A stretch of DNA of 64,000 nt from Auanema rhodensis (Eukaryota; Animalia; Nematoda), in the NCBI GenBank assembly GCA_964057225.1, contig OZ059895.1:20212001-20276000 (forward strand). Direction: 5' to 3'. The notes beneath the pieces were generated by a model that saw nothing but the letters and a program-made list of their open reading frames with translations, did not search any database and was not told the origin of the DNA. This document shows, piece by piece, positions 39,290 to 52,000 of the stretch (its first letter is position 1; every line of letters starts with the position of its first letter). The position numbers were made by a program, and so were the translations under genes.

Positions 39290-42200
39290 ACTAATGCATC
39301 ATTTTTCAAACGATCATAACTAATTTTTGTATTAAGCGTTTCTCAATGTAGTATAGTGCATTCGATGCGGATTTTTAAGCTGCGTCGATCTGTGTTATCA
39401 GATTTGCGCTAGCTTAAAAATGCACCGAGATATCAACTGATATATGTTCACACTTATATACTCGATTTTCACCCTGAAGAAATTATTTTTTCGTTGAATA
39501 ACATTGTCCATCGTCTTCGCCTTGAAAAAAGGAATCTAAAAACATCTACTTCTTGCTAAATTATTTTGAAATTTTTCGAAAAAATTTTTGTCAAAATGTT
39601 TTTGGAAGCAATGTTGAGTGTACATGGAAACTCAACATACACTAATGCATCATTTTTCAAACGATCATAACTAATTTCTGTATTGAGCGTTTCTCAATGT
39701 AGTATAGTGCATTCGATGCGGATTTTTAAGCTGCGTCGATCTGTGTTATCAGATTTGCGCTAGCTTAAAAATGCACCGAGATATCAACTGATATATGTTC
39801 ACACTTATATCCTCGATTTTCACCCTGAAGAAATTATTTTTTCGTTGAATAACATTGTCCATCGTCTTTGCCTTGAAAAAAGGAATCTAAAAACATCTAC
39901 TTTTTGCTAAATTATTTTGAAATTTTTCGAAAAAATTTTTGTCAAAATGTTTTTGGAAGCAATGTTGAGTGTACATGGAAACTCAACATACACTAATGCA
40001 TCATTTTTCAAACGATCATAACTAATTTTTGTATTGAGCGTTTCTCAATGTAGTATAGTGCATTCGATGCGGATTTTTAAGCTGCGTCGATCTGTGTTAT
40101 CAGATTTGCGCTAGCTTAAAAATGCACCGAGATATCAACTGATATATGTTCACACTTATATCCTCGATTTTCACCCTGAAGAAATTATTTTTTCGTTGAA
40201 TAACATTGTCCATCGTCTTTGCCTTGAAAAAAGGAATCTAAAAACATCTACTTCTTGCTAAATTATTTTGATATTTTTCGAAAAAATTTTTGTCAAAATG
40301 TTTTTGGAAGCAATGTTGAGTGTACATGGAAACTCAACATACACTAATGCATCATTTTTCAAACGATCATAACTAATTTTTGTATTAAGCGTTTCTCAAT
40401 GTAGTATAGTGCTTTCGATGCGGATTTTTAAGCTGCGTCGATCTGTGTTATCAGATTTGCGCTAGCTTAAAAATGCACCGAGATATCAACTGATATATGT
40501 TCACACTTATATACTCGATTTTCACCCTGAAGAAATTATTTTTTCGTTGAATAACATTGTCCATCGTCTTCGCCTTGAAAAAAGGAATCTAAAAACATCT
40601 ACTTCTTGCTAAATTATTTTGAAATTTTTCGAAAAAATTTTTGTCAAAATGTTTTTGGAAGCAATGTTGAGTGTACATGGAAACTCAACATACACTAATG
40701 CATCATTTTTCAAACGATCATAACTAATTTCTGTATTGAGCGTTTCTCAATGTAGTATAGTGCATTCGATGCGGATTTTTAAGCTGCGTCGATCTGTGTT
40801 ATCAGATTTGCGCTAGCTTAAAAATGCACCGAGATATCAACTGATATATGTTCACACTTATATCCTCGATTTTCACCCTGAAGAAATTATTTTTTCGTTG
40901 AATAACATTGTCCATCGTCTTTGCCTTGAAAAAAGGAATCTAAAAACATCTACTTTTTGCTAAATTATTTTGAAATTTTTCGAAAAAATTTTTGTCAAAA
41001 TGTTTTTGGAAGCAATGTTGAGTGTACATGGAAACTCAACATACACTAATGCATCATTTTTCAAACGATCATAACTAATTTTTGTATTGAGCGTTTCTCA
41101 ATGTAGTATAGTGCATTCGATGCGGATTTTTAAGCTGCGTCGATCTGTGTTATCAGATTTGCGCTAGCTTAAAAATGCACCGAGATATCAACTGATATAT
41201 GTTCACACTTATATCCTCGATTTTCACCCTGAAGAAATTATTTTTTCGTTGAATAACATTGTCCATCGTCTTTGCCTTGAAAAAAGGAATCTAAAAACAT
41301 CTACTTCTTGCTAAATTATTTTGATATTTTTCGAAAAAATTTTTGTCAAAATGTTTTTGGAAGCAATGTTGAGTGTACATGGAAACTCAACATACACTAA
41401 TGCATCATTTTTCAAACGATCATAACTAATTTTTGTATTAAGCGTTTCTCAATGTAGTATAGTGCTTTCGATGCGGATTTTTAAGCTGCGTCGATCTGTG
41501 TTATCAGATTTGCGCTAGCTTAAAAATGCACCGAGATATCAACTGATATATGTTCACACTTATATACTCGATTTTCACCCTGAAGAAATTATTTTTTCGT
41601 TGAATAACATTGTCCATCGTCTTCGCCTTGAAAAAAGGAATCTAAAAACATCTACTTCTTGCTAAATTATTTTGAAATTTTTCGAAAAAATTTTTGTCAA
41701 AATGTTTTTGGAAGCAATGTTGAGTGTACATGGAAACTCAACATACACTAATGCATCATTTTTCAAACGATCATAACTAATTTCTGTATTGAGCGTTTCT
41801 CAATGTAGTATAGTGCATTCGATGCGGATTTTTAAGCTGCGTCGATCTGTGTTATCAGATTTGCGCTAGCTTAAAAATGCACCGAGATATCAACTGATAT
41901 ATGTTCACACTTATATCCTCGATTTTCACCCTGAAGAAATTATTTTTTCGTTGAATAACATTGTCCATCGTCTTTGCCTTGAAAAAAGGAATCTAAAAAC
42001 ATCTACTTTTTGCTAAATTATTCTGAAATTTTTCGAAAAAATTTTTGTCAAAATGTTTTTGGAAGCAATGTTGAGTGTACATGGAAACTCAACATACACT
42101 AATGCATCATTTTTCAAACGATCATAACTAATTTTTGTATTGAGCGTTTCTCAATGTAGTATAGTGCATTCGATGCGGATTTTTAAGCTGCGTCGATCTG

Positions 42201-45200
42201 TGTTATCAGATTTGCGCTAGCTTAAAAATGCACCGAGATATCAACTGATATATGTTCACACTTATATACTCGATTTTCACCCTGAAGAAATTATTTTTTC
42301 GTTGAATAACATTGTCCATCGTCTTCGCCTTGAAAAAAGGAATCTAAAAACATCTACTTCTTGCTAAATTATTTTGAAATTTTTCGAAAAAATTTTTGTC
42401 AAAATGTTTTTGGAAGCAATGTTGAGTGTACATGGAAACTCAACATACACTAATGCATCATTTTTCAAACGATCATAACTAATTTCTGTATTGAGCGTTT
42501 CTCAATGTAGTATAGTGCATTCGATGCGGATTTTTAAGCTGCGTCGATCTGTGTTATCAGATTTGCGCTAGCTTAAAAATGCACCGAGATATCAACTGAT
42601 ATATGTTCACACTTATATCCTCGATTTTCACCCTGAAGAAATTATTTTTTCGTTGAATAACATTGTCCATCGTCTTTGCCTTGAAAAAAGGAATCTAAAA
42701 ACATCTACTTTTTGCTAAATTATTTTGAAATTTTTCGAAAAAATTTTTGTCAAAATGTTTTTGGAAGCAATGTTGAGTGTACATGGAAACTCAACATACA
42801 CTAATGCATCATTTTTCAAACGATCATAACTAATTTTTGTATTGAGCGTTTCTCAATGTAGTATAGTGCATTCGATGCGGATTTTTAAGCTGCGTCGATC
42901 TGTGTTATCAGATTTGCGCTAGCTTAAAAATGCACCGAGATATCAACTGATATATGTTCACACTTATATCCTCGATTTTCACCCTGAAGAAATTATTTTT
43001 TCGTTGAATAACATTGTCCATCGTCTTTGCCTTGAAAAAAGGAATCTAAAAACATCTACTTCTTGCTAAATTATTTTGATATTTTTCGAAAAAATTTTTG
43101 TCAAAATGTTTTTGGAAGCAATGTTGAGTGTACATGGAAACTCAACATACACTAATGCATCATTTTTCAAACGATCATAACTAATTTTTGTATTAAGCGT
43201 TTCTCAATGTAGTATAGTGCTTTCGATGCGGATTTTTAAGCTGCGTCGATCTGTGTTATCAGATTTGCGCTAGCTTAAAAATGCACCGAGATATCAACTG
43301 ATATATGTTCACACTTATATACTCGATTTTCACCCTGAAGAAATTATTTTTTCGTTGAATAACATTGTCCATCGTCTTCGCCTTGAAAAAAGGAATCTAA
43401 AAACATCTACTTCTTGCTAAATTATTTTGAAATTTTTCGAAAAAATTTTTGTCAAAATGTTTTTGGAAGCAATGTTGAGTGTACATGGAAACTCAACATA
43501 CACTAATGCATCATTTTTCAAACGATCATAACTAATTTCTGTATTGAGCGTTTCTCAATGTAGTATAGTGCATTCGATGCGGATTTTTAAGCTGCGTCGA
43601 TCTGTGTTATCAGATTTGCGCTAGCTTAAAAATGCACCGAGATATCAACTGATATATGTTCACACTTATATCCTCGATTTTCACCCTGAAGAAATTATTT
43701 TTTCGTTGAATAACATTGTCCATCGTCTTTGCCTTGAAAAAAGGAATCTAAAAACATCTACTTTTTGCTAAATTATTTTGAAATTTTTCGAAAAAATTTT
43801 TGTCAAAATGTTTTTGGAAGCAATGTTGAGTGTACATGGAAACTCAACATACACTAATGCATCATTTTTCAAACGATCATAACTAATTTTTGTATTGAGC
43901 GTTTCTCAATGTAGTATAGTGCATTCGATGCGGATTTTTAAGCTGCGTCGATCTGTGTTATCAGATTTGCTCTAGCTTAAAAATGCACCGAGATATCAAC
44001 TGATATATGTTCACACTTATATCCTCGATTTTCACCCTGAAGAAATTATTTTTTCGTTGAATAACATTGTCCATCGTCTTTGCCTTGAAAAAAGGAATCT
44101 AAAAACATCTACTTCTTGCTAAATTATTTTGAAATTTTTCGAAAAAATTTTTGTCAAAATGTTTTTGGAAGCAATGTTGAGTGTACATGGAAACTCAACA
44201 TACACTAATGCATCATTTTTCAAACGATCATAACTAATTTTTGTATTGAGCGTTTCTCAATGTAGTATAGTGCATTCGATGCGGATTTTTAAGCTGCGTC
44301 GATCTGTGTTATCAGATTTGCTCTAGCTTAAAAATGCACCGAGATATCAACTGATATATGTTCACACTTATATCCTCGATTTTCACCCTGAAGAAATTAT
44401 TTTTTCGTTGAATAACATTGTCCATCGTCTTCGCCTTGAAAAAAGGAATCTAAAAACATCTACTTCTTGCTAAATTATTTTGAAATTTTTCGAAAAAATT
44501 TTTGTCAAAATGTTTTTGGAAGCAATGTTGAGTGTACATGGAAACTCAACATACACTAATGCATCATTTTTCAAACGATCATAACTAATTTTTGTATTAA
44601 GCGTTTCTCAATGTAGTATAGTGCATTCGATGCGGATTTTTAAGCTGCGTCGATCTGTGTTATCAGATTTGCGCTAGCTTAAAAATGCACCGAGATATCA
44701 ACTGATATATGTTCACACTTATATACTCGATTTTCACCCTGAAGAAATTATTTTTTCGTTGAATAACATTGTCCATCGTCTTCGCCTTGAAAAAAGGAAT
44801 CTAAAAACATCTACTTCTTGCTAAATTATTTTGAAATTTTTCGAAAAAATTTTTGTCAAAATGTTTTTGGAAGCAATGTTGAGTGTACATGGAAACTCAA
44901 CATACACTAATGCATCATTTTTCAAACGATCATAACTAATTTCTGTATTGAGCGTTTCTCAATGTAGTATAGTGCATTCGATGCGGATTTTTAAGCTGCG
45001 TCGATCTGTGTTATCAGATTTGCGCTAGCTTAAAAATGCACCGAGATATCAACTGATATATGTTCACACTTATATCCTCGATTTTCACCCTGAAGAAATT
45101 ATTTTTTCGTTGAATAACATTGTCCATCGTCTTTGCCTTGAAAAAAGGAATCTAAAAACATCTACTTTTTGCTAAATTATTTTGAAATTTTTCGAAAAAA

Positions 45201-45950
45201 TTTTTGTCAAAATGTTTTTGGAAGCAATGTTGAGTGTACATGGAAACTCAACATACACTAATGCATCATTTTTCAAACGATCATAACTAATTTTTGTATT
45301 GAGCGTTTCTCAATGTAGTATAGTGCATTCGATGCGGATTTTTAAGCTGCGTCGATCTGTGTTATCAGATTTGCTCTAGCTTAAAAATGCACCGAGATAT
45401 CAACTGATATATGTTCACACTTATATCCTCGATTTTCACCCTGAAGAAATTATTTTTTCGTTGAATAACATTGTCCATCGTCTTTGCCTTGAAAAAAGGA
45501 ATCTAAAAACATCTACTTCTTGCTAAATTATTTTGAAATTTTTCGAAAAAATTTTTGTCAAAATGTTTTTGGAAGCAATGTTGAGTGTACATGGAAACTC
45601 AACATACACTAATGCATCATTTTTCAAACGATCATAACTAATTTTTGTATTGAGCGTTTCTCAATGTAGTATAGTGCATTCGATGCGGATTTTTAAGCTG
45701 CGTCGATCTGTGTTATCAGATTTGCTCTAGCTTAAAAATGCACCGAGATATCAACTGATATATGTTCACACTTATATCCTCGATTTTCACCCTGAAGAAA
45801 TTATTTTTTCGTTGAATAACATTGTCCATCGTCTTCGCCTTGAAAAAAGGAATCTAAAAACATCTACTTCTTGCTAAATTATTTTGAAATTTTTCGAAAA
45901 AATTTTTGTCAAAATGTTTTTGGAAGCAATGTTGAGTGTACATGGAAACT
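39290..45950. repeat. Nascent higher-order repeat zone: 1053-bp trimer shifting to a 1404-bp tetramer; edges approximate
   Basis: TATATACTCG marker at 39460, 40513, 41566, 42268, 43321 and 44725 (steps 1053, 1053, 702, 1053, 1404). The other diagnostic SNPs move in phase with it. Confidence 0.88.
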
Positions 45951-46079
45951 CAACATACACTAATGCATCATTTTTCAAACGATCATAACTAATTTTTGTA
46001 TTGAGCGTTTCTCAATGTAGTATAGTGCATTCGATGCGGATTTTTAAGCTGCGTCGATCTGTGTTATCAGATTTGCGCT

Positions 46080-49000
46080 AGCTTAAAAATGCACCGAGAT
46101 ATCAACTGATATAAGTTCACACTTATATCCTCGATTTTCACCCTGAAGAAATTATTTTTTCGTTGAAAAACATTGTCCATCGTCTTTGCCTTGAAAAAGG
46201 AATCTAAAAACATCTACTTCTTGCTAAATTATTTTGAAATTTTTCGAAAAAAATTTTGTCAAAATGTTTTTGGAAGCAATGTTGAGTGTACATGGAAACT
46301 CAACATACACTAATGCATCATTTTTCAAACGATCATAACTAATTTTTGTATTAAGCGTTTCTCAATGTAGTATAGTGCATTCGATGCGGATTTTTAAGCT
46401 GCGTCGATCTGTGTTATCAGATTTGCTCTAGCTTAAAAATGCACCGAGATATCAACTGATATATGTTCACACTTATATCCTCGATTTTCACCCTGAAGAA
46501 ATCATTTTTTCGTTGAATAACATTGTCCATCGTCTTTGCCTTGAAAAAAGGAATCTAAAAACATCTACTTCTTGCTAAATTATTTTGAAATTTTTCGAAA
46601 AAATTTTTGTCAAAATGTTTTTGGAAGCAATGTTGAGTGTACATGGAAACTCAACATACACTAATGCATCATTTTTCAAACGATCATAACTAATTTTTGT
46701 ATTGAGCGTTTCTCAATGTAGTATAGTGCATTCGATGCGGATTTTTAAGCTGCGTCGATCTGTGTTATCAGATTTGCGCTAGCTTAAAAATGCACCGAGA
46801 TATCAACTGATATAAGTTCACACTTATATCCTCGATTTTCACCCTGAAGAATTAATTTTTTCGTTGAATAACAATGTCCATCGTCTTCGCCTTGAAAAAA
46901 GGAATCTAAAAACATCTACTTTTTGCTAAATTATTTTGAAATTTTTCGAAAAAATTTTTGTCAAAATGTTTTTGGAAGCAATGTTGAGTGTACATGGAAA
47001 CTCAACATACACTAATGCATCATTTTTCAAACGATCATAACTAATTTTTGTATTAAGCGTTTCTCAATGTAGTATAGTGCATTCGATGCGGATTTTTAAG
47101 CTGCGTCGATCTGTGTTATCAGATTTGCGCTAGCTTAAAAATGCACCGAGATATCAACTGATATAAGTTCACACTTATATCCTCGATTTTCACCCTGAAG
47201 AATTAATTTTTTCGTTGAATAACAATGTCCATCGTCTTTGCCTTGAAAAAAGGAATCTAAAAACATCTACTTTTTGATAAATTATTTTAAAATTTTTCGA
47301 AAAAATTTTTGTCAAAATGTTTTTGGAAGCAATGTTGAGTGTACATGGAAACTCAACATACACTAATGCATCATTTTTTAAACGATCATAACTAATTTTT
47401 GTATTAAGCGTTTCTCAATGTAGTATAGTGCATTCGATGCGGATTTTTAAGCTGCGTCGATCTGTGTTATCAGATTTGCGCTAGCTTAAAAATGCACCGA
47501 GATATCAACTGATATAAGTTCACACTTATATCCTCGATTTTCACCCTGAAGAATTAATTTTTTCGTTGAGTAACATTGTCCATCGTCTTTGCCTTAAAAA
47601 AAGGAATCTAAAAACATCTACTTTTTGATAAATTATTTTAAAATTTTTCGAAAAAATTTTTGTCAAAATGTTTTTGGAAGCAATGTTGAGTGTACATGGA
47701 AACTCAACATACACTAATGCATCATTTTTCAAACGATCATAACTAATTTTTGTATTAAGCGTTTCTCAATGTAGTCTAGTGCATCCGATGCGGATTTTTA
47801 AGCTGCGTCGATCTGTGTTATCAGATTTGCTCTAGCTTAAAAATGCACCGAGATATCAACTGATATATGTTCACACTTATATCCTCGATTTTCACCCTGA
47901 AGAAATTATTTTTTCGTTGAATAACATTGTCCATCGTCTTTGCCTTGAAAAAAGGAATCTAAAAACATCTACTTCTTGCTAAATTATTTTGAAATTTTTC
48001 GAAAAAATTTTTGTCAAAATGTTTTTGGAAGCAATGTTGAGTGTACATGGAAACTCAACATACACTAATGCATCATTTTTCAAACGATCATAACTAATTT
48101 TTGTATTGAGCGTTTCTCAATGTAGTATAGTGCATTCGATGCGGATTTTTAAGCTGCGTCGATCTGTGTTATCAGATTTGCGCTAGCTTAAAAATGCACC
48201 GAGATATCAACTGATATAAGTTCACACTTATATCCTCGATTTTCACCCTGAAGAAATTATTTTTTCGTTGAAAAACATTGTCCATCGTCTTTGCCTTGAA
48301 AAAGGAATCTAAAAACATCTACTTCTTGCTAAATTATTTTGAAATTTTTCGAAAAAAATTTTGTCAAAATGTTTTTGGAAGCAATGTTGAGTGTACATGG
48401 AAACTCAACATACACTAATGCATCATTTTTCAAACGATCATAACTAATTTTTGTATTAAGCGTTTCTCAATGTAGTATAGTGCATTCGATGCGGATTTTT
48501 AAGCTGCGTCGATCTGTGTTATCAGATTTGCTCTAGCTTAAAAATGCACCGAGATATCAACTGATATATGTTCACACTTATATCCTCGATTTTCACCCTG
48601 AAGAAATTATTTTTTCGTTGAATAACATTGTCCATCGTCTTTGCCTTGAAAAAAGGAATCTAAAAACATCTACTTCTTGCTAAATTATTTTGAAATTTTT
48701 CGAAAAAATTTTTGTCAAAATGTTTTTGGAAGCAATGTTGAGTGTACATGGAAACTCAACATACACTAATGCATCATTTTTCAAACGATCATAACTAATT
48801 TTTGTATTGAGCGTTTCTCAATGTAGTATAGTGCATTCGATGCGGATTTTTAAGCTGCGTCGATCTGTGTTATCAGATTTGCGCTAGCTTAAAAATGCAC
48901 CGAGATATCAACTGATATAAGTTCACACTTATATCCTCGATTTTCACCCTGAAGAAATTATTTTTTCGTTGAAAAACATTGTCCATCGTCTTTGCCTTGA

Positions 49001-52000
49001 AAAAGGAATCTAAAAACATCTACTTCTTGCTAAATTATTTTGAAATTTTTCGAAAAAAATTTTGTCAAAATGTTTTTGGAAGCAATGTTGAGTGTACATG
49101 GAAACTCAACATACACTAATGCATCATTTTTCAAACGATCATAACTAATTTTTGTATTAAGCGTTTCTCAATGTAGTATAGTGCATTCGATGCGGATTTT
49201 TAAGCTGCGTCGATCTGTGTTATCAGATTTGCGCTAGCTTAAAAATGCACCGAGATATCAACTGATATAAGTTCACACTTATATCCTCGATTTTCACCCT
49301 GAAGAATTAATTTTTTCGTTGAATAACAATGTCCATCGTCTTCGCCTTGAAAAAAGGAATCTAAAAACATCTACTTTTTGCTAAATTATTTTGAAATTTT
49401 TCGAAAAAATTTTTGTCAAAATGTTTTTGGAAGCAATGTTGAGTGTACATGGAAACTCAACATACACTAATGCATCATTTTTCAAACGATCATAACTAAT
49501 TTTTGTATTAAGCGTTTCTCAATGTAGTATAGTGCATTCGATGCGGATTTTTAAGCTGCGTCGATCTGTGTTATCAGATTTGCGCTAGCTTAAAAATGCA
49601 CCGAGATATCAACTGATATAAGTTCACACTTATATCCTCGATTTTCACCCTGAAGAATTAATTTTTTCGTTGAATAACAATGTTCATCGTCTTCGCCTTG
49701 AAAAAAGGAATCTAAAAACATCTACTTTTTGCTAAATTATTTTGAAATTTTTCGAAAAAATTTTTGTCAAAATGTTTTTGGAAGCAATGTTGAGTGTACA
49801 TGGAAACTCAACATACACTAATGCATCATTTTTCAAACGATCATAACTAATTTTTGTATTGAGCGTTTCTCAATGTAGTATAGTGCATTCGATGCGGATT
49901 TTTAAGCTGCGTCGGTCTGTGTTATCAGATTTGCGCTAGCTTAAAAATGCACCGAGATATCAACTGATATAAGTTCACACTTATATCCTCGATTTTCACC
50001 CTGAAGAATTAATTTTTTCGTTGAATAACAATGTCCATCGTCTTCGCCTTGAAAAAAGGAATCTAAAAACATCTACTTTTTGCTAAATTATTTTGAAATT
50101 TTTTGAAAAAATTTTTGTCAAAATGTTTTTGGAAGCAATGTTGAGTGTACATGGAAACTCAACATACACTAATGCATCATTTTTCGAACGATCATAACTA
50201 ATTTTTGTATTAAGCGTTTCTCAATGTAGTATAGTGCATTCGATGCGGATTTTTAAGCTGCGTCGGTCTGTGTTATCAGATTTGCGCTAGCTTAAAAATG
50301 CACCGAGATATCAACTGATATAAGTTCACACTTATATCCTCGATTTTCACCCTGAAAAATTAATTTTTTCGTTGAATAACAATGTCCATCGTCTTCGCCT
50401 TGAAAAAAGGAATCTAAAAACATCTACTTTTTGCTAAATTATTTTGAAATTTTTCGAAAAAATTTTTGTCAAAATGTTTTTGGAAGCAATGTTGAGTGTA
50501 CATGGAAACTCAACATACACTAATGCATCATTTTTCGAACGATCATAACTAATTTTTGTATTAAGCGTTTCTCAATGTAGTATAGTGCATTCGATGCGGA
50601 TTTTTAAGCTGCGTCGGTCTGTGTTATCAGATTTGCGCTAGCTTAAAAATGCACCGAGATATCAACTGATATAAGTTCACACTTATATCCTCGATTTTCA
50701 CCCTGAAAAATTAATTTTTTCGTTGAATAACAATGTCCATCGTCTTCGCCTTGAAAAAAGGAATCTAAAAACATCTACTTTTTGCTAAATTATTTTGAAA
50801 TTTTTCGAAAAAATTTTTGTCAAAATGTTTTTGGAAGCAATGTTGAGTGTACATGGAAACTCAACATACACTAATGCATCATTTTTCAAACGATCATAAC
50901 TAATTTTTGTATTAAGCGTTTCTCAATGTAGTATAGTGCATTCGATGCGGATTTTTAAGCTGCGTCGATCTGTGTTATCAGATTTGCGCTAGCTTAAAAA
51001 TGCACCGAGATATCAACTGATATAAGTTCACACTTATATCCTCGATTTTCACCCTGAAGAATTAATTTTTTCGTTGAATAACAATGTTCATCGTCTTCGC
51101 CTTGAAAAAAGGAATCTAAAAACATCTACTTTTTGCTAAATTATTTTGAAATTTTTCGAAAAAATTTTTGTCAAAATGTTTTTGGAAGCAATGTTGAGTG
51201 TACATGGAAACTCAACATACACTAATGCATCATTTTTCAAACGATCATAACTAATTTTTGTATTGAGCGTTTCTCAATGTAGTATAGTGCATTCGATGCG
51301 GATTTTTAAGCTGCGTCGGTCTGTGTTATCAGATTTGCGCTAGCTTAAAAATGCACCGAGATATCAACTGATATAAGTTCACACTTATATCCTCGATTTT
51401 CACCCTGAAAAATTAATTTTTTCGTTGAATAACAATGTCCATCGTCTTCGCCTTGAAAAAAGGAATCTAAAAACATCTACTTTTTGCTAAATTATTTTGA
51501 AATTTTTCGAAAAAATTTTTGTCAAAATGTTTTTGGAAGCAATGTTGAGTGTACATGGAAACTCAACATACACTAATGCATCATTTTTCAAACGATCATA
51601 ACTAATTTTTGTATTAAGCGTTTCTCAATGTAGTATAGTGCATTCGATGCGGATTTTTAAGCTGCGTCGATCTGTGTTATCAGATTTGCGCTAGCTTAAA
51701 AATGCACCGAGATATCAACTGATATAAGTTCACACTTATATCCTCGATTTTCACCCTGAAGAATTAATTTTTTCGTTGAATAACAATGTCCATCGTCTTC
51801 GCCTTAAAAGAAGGAATCTAAAAACATCTACTTTTTGCTAAATTATTTTGAAATTTTTCGAAAAAATTTTTGTCAAAATGTTTTTGGAAGCAATGTTGAG
51901 TGTACATGGAAACTCAACATACACTAATGCATCATTTTTCAAACGATCATAACTAATTTTTGTATTAAGCGTTTCTCAATGTAGTATAGTGCATTCGATG

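Noticed and set aside
47541-47732. 63-aa minus-strand ORF
   Set aside because: It starts at TTG and is open only because a private SNP turns the consensus TAG stop into TAT in a divergent monomer. It is not maintained in the other units.
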